A stretch of 26,214 nt of DNA, from assembly GCA_964632315.1 (NCBI GenBank), contig CAZWEM010000040.1, positions 9,405 through 35,618 of the forward strand, written 5' to 3'. Shown here in pieces: positions 18,232 to 26,214 of this stretch. Source of the DNA: an uncultured archaeon (GTDB taxonomy: Archaea; Asgardarchaeota; Lokiarchaeia; Sigyniarchaeales; SOKP01). Each line of letters opens with the position of its first letter. Position 1 is the stretch's first letter. The notes beneath the pieces were generated by a model, which did not search any database, was not told where the DNA came from, and saw only the letters and a program-made list of their open reading frames with translations. Made by a program: the position numbers and the translations under genes.

Positions 18232-20886
18232 TTATAATTTGACAATATCACCTATATACCAATAATCCCAGTAATCTGTTTTAGAGTGTAACCAAAGAAC
18301 TGCTAATCCTTTCTTACGATTGGGCAATTTAACACATGTAAACCATGAATCAAGAGTAAAGATTTTTGAATGCCAATTTCCCATTATATTAGAGAAATAT
18401 GTGATTTCAAGCGAATAGCATTCGGATTTACCGAAATATATTTGATATCCATCAATCATGATTAGATATTCACCCGGTTCAGTTATCTGAACAAACTCAG
18501 GAGAAGAGCCAGTAGCTCCATCAACATTCACCGAACCATTAGGGTAGAAGACTATCATATCAAGATCACTTGTAGCCCATTTAGTCCAGTCACGATACCA
18601 TGAAAGTTCAAGGATTGCTAATTGATCATGACCTAAATCGGGAATCGTAAAAGAGTAAAAATCCGACTCTCCTTCTTTGATGTATCCATGTTCTTGTGTT
18701 ATATCTCCTTTAAACAATTCCACTTGAGCCTCCTTTACATCAACTCCACTATTAAGAATTCCCAGATATTTACCAAATTTTAAGGCTTGTGTATTAACTA
18801 TCTCAATTGTCATCTTTTCGATGTGAATTGGACTATAAGAACTGAAGTCGCCTGCGAGTACTAAACGCTGAACTCCTGGTTGAAAATGAGAATCTGAGGA
18901 AATTTCATATTCCATTTCATTATAATAATAGAAATATTCCCTCCAATAGAAGTAATCATCAATGCCTTCTCTAGCAGCACTACTAAGATAAAGTGCTCCT
19001 GCGTCATAAACAAATAGTTCATTTTGTTCCTCACCGTATGAAATATCTGAAAGCGTGATTCTTACGGAATCTACTTCTTTACTAACCCAGAAATTAAAGT
19101 ATTTGAACATCCCTGGATTTAAGGTGATATCATAAACTTTGGCAATGCCATTATGGAACTTAAGAGTTTCTATTGGTGGGAACCACCAAGAACCCAAATG
19201 ATGATTCCAATTCCACTGGCATCCGCAATGATGATTCCATTTCCATTTACATCCATGATGATGAGAATCGATGACTTTTTGTTCTTCAACCATAGCTTTA
19301 ACAATTTCTAATGAATTAACACAATTAATATAACCGGCTCCTTGTTCGAAATCTTGGTATCCTTCTATTGGTATGGCTCCTTCCATAATAGATTTTTTGA
19401 TATCCGATGGCTCAAGACCTACACCTTCTGATTTAGCATAATTAATTAGTAGTGCAGCTTCCCCTGCAACTTGAGGACAAGAAAATGAAGTACCAGAACC
19501 TAGAGCTATTGTATATGGCCATTCTGAAGGAGGATACCCAAAAAAAGTCCAAGATCCCGTGGCAACAACATCAGGTTTGTTCCGCCCATCTGAAGTTGGT
19601 CCTCTAGAACTAAAGTCAATAATATAGTTTTGATCACTGGGATAATAATACCGTCCAACGCCAGGACCATATGCTATATCTCCATATACTCGTTCATGAA
19701 TAGGATCTTGGGCAGCACCGACTGTTATAGCACTTTCAGCAGTACCTGGTGATCCCACCTTAAGTAATGATGGTCCCTCATTTCCCGCTGAAACAACTAC
19801 AGTGATTCCAGCCTCAGAAGCAGCATCAACCAAGAGATCCGATGGATCTTCTCCTGGTGCTCCCACACCACCCCCAAGACTCATACTAATGACATCTACA
19901 CCTGCATTAATGGCAGCATCTATACCTTCCATAATAATCGAAGATGGAACAGCAGCTCCAGTATGATCAAATACTTTTACTGCATAAATTGAGGCAAATG
20001 GGGCAATACCATAACATGGCACGATGGTCTGATTATTCTCCTGATCAATTGAAACACCATCAACGTAATTTGCTATAGCAGCACCCCAGGGGTGAGGTGA
20101 ATAAGGAGGCAGAGTACTGTTATAGAATTTTAGATATGTATTAGCAGCTAAAAGTGTAGCACAAGCTGTTCCATGATAATAATTAAGTGGATTACCATAT
20201 CCTCCATACATGGAATTCCCAGCATCATAACTCAGATCAACACCATCATAAACTGCACCCCAATACCAAGGTGAATGTGGATTACCAGAGGGATCAATCC
20301 AAGTTTCATTCCAGCATCCCGAATCTATGATTGCAACCTTGGCACCATATCCATAAAGCGTTTCTTCCCAAATAGCGTTTGCATCTGTAAGATAAAAGTT
20401 TGAAAAGGTTGCAGGATATTCCTCCATCTCTTCAATATTTAATGGCACTGCTTCAATTCTTCCATCAGTCATGAGTAAATGTGTATCAATTTCTCCTTTG
20501 GCAATATTCATCTCTCTAATCTCATCTTTAAATATCTTTGAAATTAATGGACTGTTAGCTAAAGTGAATAAGTTACAAGCTGGAATCTCAACTGAGACTC
20601 CATTAATATTGTTATATTCAATATTAACAGTCCCACCTAAGGATTGTACTAATTTTGTTACTAACTCATAATCATGTGTTGTAGTTTCAACTATAACTGA
20701 AACTTTTGAGTTTGTATTATCGATTAGTCCTTTAGCATTAGATGTTAACTTATTAAAAGAATTTGATTTTTGTTTAGTTAATTCAAGAGGTTCAATTTTG
20801 CTATTTGGTGCAGCCATAGCTGGTACCATAAATAGACTAAATAGTGTAATTGCTACAAGTAGATATAGAATTTTATTTTTTTTCAT
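18232..20886 (-). CDS. Secreted subtilisin-like S8 serine protease with I9-type prodomain and C-terminal PPC-like domain(s)
   Basis: Signal peptide ending AMA; catalytic Asp in AIIDSG, His in HGTACA, oxyanion Asn in SAGNEG, Ser in GTSFSCP; FSSRGP; DLDMIVFYPNG...PGEYLI. Confidence 0.95.
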   Translation of the reverse strand: MKKNKILYLLVAITLFSLFMVPAMAAPNSKIEPLELTKQKSNSFNKLTSNAKGLIDNTNSKVSVIVETTTHDYELVTKLVQSLGGTVNIEYNNINGVSVEIPACNLFTLANSPLISKIFKDEIREMNIAKGEIDTHLLMTDGRIEAVPLNIEEMEEYPATFSNFYLTDANAIWEETLYGYGAKVAIIDSGCWNETWIDPSGNPHSPWYWGAVYDGVDLSYDAGNSMYGGYGNPLNYYHGTACATLLAANTYLKFYNSTLPPYSPHPWGAAIANYVDGVSIDQENNQTIVPCYGIAPFASIYAVKVFDHTGAAVPSSIIMEGIDAAINAGVDVISMSLGGGVGAPGEDPSDLLVDAASEAGITVVVSAGNEGPSLLKVGSPGTAESAITVGAAQDPIHERVYGDIAYGPGVGRYYYPSDQNYIIDFSSRGPTSDGRNKPDVVATGSWTFFGYPPSEWPYTIALGSGTSFSCPQVAGEAALLINYAKSEGVGLEPSDIKKSIMEGAIPIEGYQDFEQGAGYINCVNSLEIVKAMVEEQKVIDSHHHGCKWKWNHHCGCQWNWNHHLGSWWFPPIETLKFHNGIAKVYDITLNPGMFKYFNFWVSKEVDSVRITLSDISYGEEQNELFVYDAGALYLSSAAREGIDDYFYWREYFYYYNEMEYEISSDSHFQPGVQRLVLAGDFSSYSPIHIEKMTIEIVNTQALKFGKYLGILNSGVDVKEAQVELFKGDITQEHGYIKEGESDFYSFTIPDLGHDQLAILELSWYRDWTKWATSDLDMIVFYPNGSVNVDGATGSSPEFVQITEPGEYLIMIDGYQIYFGKSECYSLEITYFSNIMGNWHSKIFTLDSWFTCVKLPNRKKGLAVLWLHSKTDYWDYWYIGDIVKL
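19198..19264 (-). repeat. In-frame 30-bp tandem repeat (about 2.2 units) encoding HHHGCKWKWN-HHCGCQWNWN-HH
   Basis: Units 19198-19227 and 19228-19257 are 23/30 identical and are followed by a partial third ATGATGA. Confidence 0.8.
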
Positions 20887-21010
20887 TATTTTTCTAACCT
20901 TCTTAATTTTTAATACAAAATAATTTCAAATCGAAGAAATCTGATTTGCAAAGTTAATGTTTGAATACATTGCTAATTCCGACTTCTTGAACGATTGATA
21001 AATAAGAAAT

Positions 21011-21040
21011 GGTATATATATAAAAATTACTTTTTTCACG
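21011..21040 (-). promoter_or_regulatory. Putative archaeal BRE/TATA promoter for the S8 protease
   Basis: Minus strand reads CGTGAAAAAAGTAATTTTTATATATATACC: a purine tract followed by TTTATATA, about 130 bp upstream of the ATG. The AT-rich background lowers specificity. Confidence 0.4.
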
Positions 21041-21362
21041 TAATAAAAAGAAATATCATTCATATTATTAAAGATAAGATTTATGATTAATTTCTTAATA
21101 GCTTGTGGAAAATAAAGATAGATTAAGAACTCTTGTAAAGAACCCACTTATAGTTTTTATGTATTCCAATAAAAAATCGTAATTTTGTTAACAAGAATAA
21201 TTGAAAAATATCAATAAATTATCACAAAATGTATATTGTGTGAAAAAAAGAAAGTAATTTGTATCCAAAAATATGAATTTAAGTATATTCTCAATTTTAT
21301 CTTACGGAAGAGTTAATTTACCCGAAGTCTAAATCTTAATTTAGCGCTTTATAAGAAAGGAA

Positions 21363-21483
21363 AAGAAGGGAAGCGAAATGAGAGCCCTAAAAATACAAAG
21401 AGGTAGAGAATTAAAGTCAAAGACTTTAATAGAGGGCGAAATCCAATGTTTATAGGCTCAAATTTTTAATGTTTCCCTTCTAC
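21363..21483. other. Conserved non-coding element, copy B; long imperfect inverted repeat
   Basis: AGAAGGGAA (21364-21372) and TTCCCTTCT (21473-21481) form a perfect inverted repeat; inner GAGCC/GGCTC; apical perfect hairpin ATTAAAGTC-AAA-GACTTTAAT (21410-21430). Confidence 0.65.
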
Positions 21484-21646
21484 AATAGAAGAATAGAACT
21501 TCGTCCTAATAAAATGATGTATTATAAAATAAAAGATGTTCTGATATCGAGAACAAATAAAATGAAACTTCTATTCCCTATAATTAGTATCGATCTTGAC
21601 CAAAAGGCATTTTATGACAATTCTAATGCCCAAAAGAGAGTCGAAA

Positions 21647-22555
21647 TTAATGCTGAACAATTGCTTTAAAAGATTGAGATTCAATCAATTTAATAATCCT
21701 GTCCATTTTTTCTTCGGTTAAATTCCCCAAATCTTGATACTGATCTCCCTTTCCAATCTTTTCATACTTAGTTTTTGCTAGTTTATTGTAAGGCATTAAA
21801 TGCACCTCTCCAGAATAATTTACAGACTTTAGAAATGCCAATATCCCTTGTATGGTGGTTTTATCATCATTAACGGTTGGAATTAAAGGGATTCGAGGAA
21901 TAATGCGTTCGGTTCCAACCTTTGCTAATACATAACTAAAGTTTTCAAGAATTTTTTCATTTGTAACTCCTGTATATTTTTCATGTATCTTAGGATCAAT
22001 GTGTTTAATGTCAAACAAAAAGAGATCAACAAGCAGAATGAGTTCCTCTCGAATAATATCGTTAAAGTATCCACAAGTTTCAAGAGCGGTATGAATATCA
22101 TAACTTTTTAGACGTTTCAATAATTTTAATAAGAATTTTCCTTGCATTGTAGGTTCGCCTCCAGATATTGTCACACCTCCTCCCGAGTTATCATAAAACG
22201 GTTTATCATTTAAAACCAATTCGACAATTTCATCAACATCTCTTGTCACTCCTACAATTTCAATCACGCTATTTGGGCAAGCTGAGATGCAGGATCCGCA
22301 TAATTTGCACAGATCATTGTTACAAATAACATAATCCTCGGATATTTCTAAAGCATTATTAGGACAAACCTTAACACACGTTCCACATAACGTACACTTT
22401 TCTTTAAAATAGGATCTTTGCGGATTTGGGTCTTGAGATTCTGGATTTTGGCACCATATACAAGAGAGAGGACAACCCTTTAAAAATACAAGCGTGCGTA
22501 TACCAGGGCCATCATATATCGCATAATTCTGAATATCAAAAACTGTACCTTCCAT
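21647..22555 (-). CDS. Glycyl-radical enzyme activating protein (radical SAM with 2x[4Fe-4S] ferredoxin insert)
   Basis: DGPGIRTLVFLKGCPLSCIWCQNPES; CTLCGTCVKVC and CKLCGSCISAC; GGGVTISGGEP; HTALETCG; only 3 bp from the GRE stop codon. Confidence 0.96.
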   Translation of the reverse strand: MEGTVFDIQNYAIYDGPGIRTLVFLKGCPLSCIWCQNPESQDPNPQRSYFKEKCTLCGTCVKVCPNNALEISEDYVICNNDLCKLCGSCISACPNSVIEIVGVTRDVDEIVELVLNDKPFYDNSGGGVTISGGEPTMQGKFLLKLLKRLKSYDIHTALETCGYFNDIIREELILLVDLFLFDIKHIDPKIHEKYTGVTNEKILENFSYVLAKVGTERIIPRIPLIPTVNDDKTTIQGILAFLKSVNYSGEVHLMPYNKLAKTKYEKIGKGDQYQDLGNLTEEKMDRIIKLIESQSFKAIVQH

Positions 22556-22558
22556 ATT

Positions 22559-25186
22559 TTAAACACGATCGTGTTCAGTTCTCGAAATGATTTCATCTTG
22601 TACTTCTCTCCCAAGATCGACAAAATAGGCACTATAACCCCCAACTTTTACAATGATATTTTGAAACTTCTCAGGATTTTTTTGAGCGGCTCGTAATACT
22701 TCCGTTGAAACCACAGTAGGTTGCAATTGCTCTCCTCCAAGTTGAAAATAAGTCTTTACTAATGAAATCCATTTCTTCCGAGCTTCTTCTGTTTGTCCGA
22801 TCCCACTAGGATGCATTCGAATATTCACTGCACATCCGAGAACATGTTCATAATTTAATGCAGAAACAGATCGAAGGACTCCAGTTGGGCCTCCTTTTTC
22901 AACATTATATGGATTACAACTCGCAGCGAAGGGTTTTCCTGCCAATCTTCCATCTGGTGTTGCGATTGAGATCCTACCATCATATGTATGGGTTGTCATC
23001 GAGTTAATAAAAGGAGCATAAAAACCATTCTTATAAGTCCGATATTTATAGGTTTCTTCAAATAGATGATCCGTCATTTTACGAGCAATCTCATCAGATT
23101 CTGTATATCCATTTCCCCATTTTCCGGATAAATTCATTATTAACTCGTGGATCCATTCATATCCATTAGAAAAATTATTGTCGATAGCAGAAATAAGCTC
23201 GTCGAATGTAAATTTTTTTTGCTCGAATATTAATTTCTTGATTACGTACAGAGAATCAACAGTATTAGCAATACTCGTCATGAAGAGTATTCCTTCGCAA
23301 TTATATATTGCTCCTCCCTCTACCACATCCTTTTTATTTTGTAAGCATCCATCCATGAACGCAGAGATAAAAGGAGCAGGTAAGTATTTAGCATATAAGC
23401 TGTCACGAATGGTTGAGGCATCTACGATTTTCTTAATCATATAATCTCCTTGAGTCAAGAAAGCATCTAAAAATTCATCAAAAGATGTAAATGAATCAGG
23501 ATCACCAGTTTTCAATCCTACATCTCTCACCAATCCGACTAATGTCTGTGATGCTCCATTTCTTAGAGTCATATCTAATGTTCTACAAAGCATTAGTGAG
23601 GAAAATCCTTCTCCGCCTGTTTTCCCAGGAGCACACATATCTACACAACCAGTAATTGCATAATCCTTCGCGTCTTCTTGTGAAAAATTTCGATTTAGTA
23701 ATGCTTTAATTGAAATATTATCGTTCATGAGAGAAACGCTTGATACCCCATGATAGTGTAGATCTGCCACTTTCATCAATAAGTCATCAGGTGTCTTATC
23801 GTGAATTCGAACGACAAAATTTAATGAGGCTTTAGAACGATCTGCGGCCTCTAAAATGAGATATGATAATTCATTTGTAGCATCTTCTCCCTCTCGAGTG
23901 ACACCTCCTATAGTGACTGGTTCAGAACCTTCATATCGTTGGCTAAAATCACCCGATGCTGCTGAATTAGGACGCATATTATGACTCATTATTTTAAGGA
24001 ATAATTCTTCGAGGAGTTCCCTAGCTTTCTCCTTGTTAATTCGCTTCTCTTCCATATCTTTTTTGTAATAAGGATAAAAAATCTGGTCAACCCGCCCAGG
24101 AGCATGCACATTAAAAGGTATTGCAAGTTCTACTGCTGTTTTAACTGTCCAATAAGATTGAACTGCTTCCCTGAAAGTTTCAGCAGGATGCAGTGGGACT
24201 TTCTTACAGATTTCTAACATCTGAGATAGAATTTGCTTTCTTTCTGAGGAGACAATTGCATTTAGTTCTGTTTCAAGTTTCTCAGCGAGTCTTTTAGCAT
24301 AAATTATGATCCCATCCAGAGTTATTTCAATTGATTTTAAGAAATCTTGTTGCTCTTTAGTATTCTTAGTTGACTTTATTAGGTCGCTTACTTTTTCTTT
24401 CATCTGTATCAAGCCTAATTTAATAGGAGTTTCATGATCTAAGATTAAGTGACCTTGCCATACTCCTAATGCTGCTCCAAGTGATATGATTAAATCAGCT
24501 TGTCCTGTTCCACGAGGTAAATGTTCAATAAATTCTTTAAATTCACCCTCATAGATATCTTCCTTAATAAACGCTTTCCGTAACAAATGAGCTATATTTT
24601 TTTCTTCCCAATAAGGTATTAATTGATTAAGAAGTACTAGCTTATCATTTTCTTCTATTTTATAAGGATTAATAGGTCTTTTATCCATTGTGAGCGTACC
24701 CATACCGGGCATTGCCACTCCAATTTTTTTACTGTGCTGTAAATTTTTGATCAAATTTAGTATTCCATCTTTTCTAATTTTCCATAGAGCAAATCGTAAA
24801 TTACCTTTCAAATTGAATTGCTTCATTTTTTTTCGATCAAGTTCAACCGCAAAAACTTGATTAAACAAACCTCTTTCTATATCAATAGGAGTTCCCAAAA
24901 AATGTTCTGTCCAAGTTCCAGCGATTCTGTCATCTGGATCGATATAAAAATCCATCTTTTCAAACACGTTTTTCATAGCTAATGCTACACGCATCCCATT
25001 AGAAAGTCCATTTGTTGACTTCCAGCTTTCAGTATAATAAAGTGCTCTTTGAATTGAGATATTTGTTTTCTCTTGAAGGTATCTATGACGAATACGCTTA
25101 ATTCTTTCACTAGCTTTATCAATCATAGTAAATACTAACTTTTCATCACTTTTTTCTAAACTTTGGAGATTTTGAGAATCACTCAT
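22559..25186 (-). CDS. Glycyl radical enzyme (PFL2/eliminase-like, single catalytic Cys), substrate unknown
   Basis: PAETFREAVQ, PGRVDQ, TIGG...DATNELSY, Cys loop ITGCVD, KWGNG, ATPDGRLAG, Gly loop IVKVGGYSAYF, EIISRT. Confidence 0.93.
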   Translation of the reverse strand: MSDSQNLQSLEKSDEKLVFTMIDKASERIKRIRHRYLQEKTNISIQRALYYTESWKSTNGLSNGMRVALAMKNVFEKMDFYIDPDDRIAGTWTEHFLGTPIDIERGLFNQVFAVELDRKKMKQFNLKGNLRFALWKIRKDGILNLIKNLQHSKKIGVAMPGMGTLTMDKRPINPYKIEENDKLVLLNQLIPYWEEKNIAHLLRKAFIKEDIYEGEFKEFIEHLPRGTGQADLIISLGAALGVWQGHLILDHETPIKLGLIQMKEKVSDLIKSTKNTKEQQDFLKSIEITLDGIIIYAKRLAEKLETELNAIVSSERKQILSQMLEICKKVPLHPAETFREAVQSYWTVKTAVELAIPFNVHAPGRVDQIFYPYYKKDMEEKRINKEKARELLEELFLKIMSHNMRPNSAASGDFSQRYEGSEPVTIGGVTREGEDATNELSYLILEAADRSKASLNFVVRIHDKTPDDLLMKVADLHYHGVSSVSLMNDNISIKALLNRNFSQEDAKDYAITGCVDMCAPGKTGGEGFSSLMLCRTLDMTLRNGASQTLVGLVRDVGLKTGDPDSFTSFDEFLDAFLTQGDYMIKKIVDASTIRDSLYAKYLPAPFISAFMDGCLQNKKDVVEGGAIYNCEGILFMTSIANTVDSLYVIKKLIFEQKKFTFDELISAIDNNFSNGYEWIHELIMNLSGKWGNGYTESDEIARKMTDHLFEETYKYRTYKNGFYAPFINSMTTHTYDGRISIATPDGRLAGKPFAASCNPYNVEKGGPTGVLRSVSALNYEHVLGCAVNIRMHPSGIGQTEEARKKWISLVKTYFQLGGEQLQPTVVSTEVLRAAQKNPEKFQNIIVKVGGYSAYFVDLGREVQDEIISRTEHDRV

Positions 25187-25327
25187 ATGTTAAGACCCAG
25201 AAAAGAATATATTAATATATCTAAATATAAAAAAACAATAACTTCGTTAATAATCTTCGATTTTTATGAGAAAAGTACTAGCTTAAAAAGGAAATTTTTG
25301 AAAACTTTTAATTTCCTAATTTTTATG

Positions 25328-26214
25328 TCAATTTTTAGGTTTATCACTATTATTACGTGATTTTAAATACTCTTTTTCCTTTTTTTCGTGCAATTCCATT
25401 ACAAAATTCTTCTTTTGTAACCGTTTATGCCCATCTAAAGGATACCTAAGTAAAATTAAGGCGCTAGTTATTAAAAATATGCTTGGAAATATACAAAATG
25501 CAACAAGAATACCCGTTAATGCTTCTGAAGATTGTGGTTGTTTTACATCTACCCCATTTATGATTATTGGTACGACAAATCCAAAAGCTCCAATAATTGC
25601 CAAAAAGGAGGAATTTGCTATTGAAACTGCTGGTTTAGTCATAACCGCATTAATGCCACCATAAATTGCTTCTCTACGTTTCCCTGTTATTATTTCATCA
25701 TTATCGATTACGTCTCCCATTAAAACTGGTGTAGTTATCAAAGCTCCTATGTAACCAAATCCAATAAATAAAAAGGGGATTTAGATGCATAAGGGTTAAG
25801 TCCTAAAAAGAAAAATGCAATAAGAGTAAAAGCAAGGATTAACAAATTTGCAATACCAGTTCTTTTAAGAGCCCATTTTCCTATTTTTTTGAGATTTATT
25901 ATCGCTCCGATTATGGTTCCAACAAAGAAAGCTATTCCGACAAAAATAGGATCTTCATTAATATAATCTATATAATAAAGTAATCCAGTCAATGTTACTT
26001 GCGAAATTAATTAAAGAAAAAATGCTGGAATCATTAAAATCCAAAATGGTTTATTTTTTAGAATTAATATGAAACTCTCAAGAAAACGTTCTCTTTCTTG
26101 TATTTGGGCAAATAAATTTCCTTTAATTCCATATGACGTAATGAATAGAATAAACGAAGAGCCAAAGCCTATTATTAGAATAATAGGTACAAATAATGGA
26201 TGAATACCCTCTTG
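25328..26214 (-). pseudogene. GPH/MFS sugar-cation symporter family gene, disrupted; 5' part lies outside the window
   Basis: Continuous membrane-protein reading ...FLESFILILKNKPFWILMIPAFFL*LISQVTLTGLLYY... with an in-frame TAA at 26013-26011. A frameshift near 25780 joins ...LNPYAS to IPFLFIGFGYIGALITTPVLMGDVIDNDEIITGKRREAIYGG, the GPH D.ID.DE..TG.RRE signature. Confidence 0.85.

Noticed and set aside
21378-21462. SECIS-like AUGA...AAA pattern in copy B
   Set aside because: The 3' side has AA rather than the GA needed for the core, it is antisense to neighbouring genes, copy A lacks AUGA, and no in-frame UGA selenoprotein is visible nearby.
21364-21481. Copy B as a MITE with terminal inverted repeats
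   Set aside because: No target-site duplication or transposase is visible, and the shared boxes extend well outside the inverted repeat. Not fully excluded without a genome-wide search.
2109-25664. The many 60-100 aa ORFs overlapping large genes (e.g. 2186-2488, 6255-6479, 16106-16360, 23178-23444, 25479-25664)
   Set aside because: Antisense or alternate-frame shadows of well-supported CDSs with no independent evidence.
25760-25800. Programmed frameshift in the transporter
   Set aside because: No clear slippery heptamer with a stimulatory structure, and an upstream TAA already truncates the protein.
1-26214. CRISPR array, tRNA or rRNA
   Set aside because: No regularly spaced repeats, cloverleaf or GC-rich structural RNA seen in any intergenic gap by eye.

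Overview
AT-rich archaeal chromosomal segment, inferred to be Asgard (probably Lokiarchaeia) from a Rab-like small GTPase with a TKxD G4 box, a stand-alone gelsolin-like protein, an HdrA-MvhD fusion and zinc-ribbon/HEAT proteins. Left to right: the 5' end of a CDP-alcohol phosphatidyltransferase; LURP-one/scramblase-like, gelsolin-like and HEAT proteins; class I FBP aldolase; two tandem winged-helix proteins; a minus-strand redox run (YkgJ-like, molybdopterin oxidoreductase, HdrA-MvhD, DUF711); an amino-DNA methyltransferase, the GTPase and an MBL hydrolase; two secreted proteases, each preceded by ~760 bp of non-coding DNA; a glycyl radical enzyme with its activase; and a disrupted GPH/MFS transporter. 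The main unexplained signal is a multi-box element with base-pairing potential that is shared by the two protease upstream regions. The glycyl radical enzyme also has non-canonical catalytic loops (GCVD, KVGGY). I saw no tRNA, rRNA, CRISPR array or transposase. All assignments come from motif recognition by eye; no database search or folding program was run.
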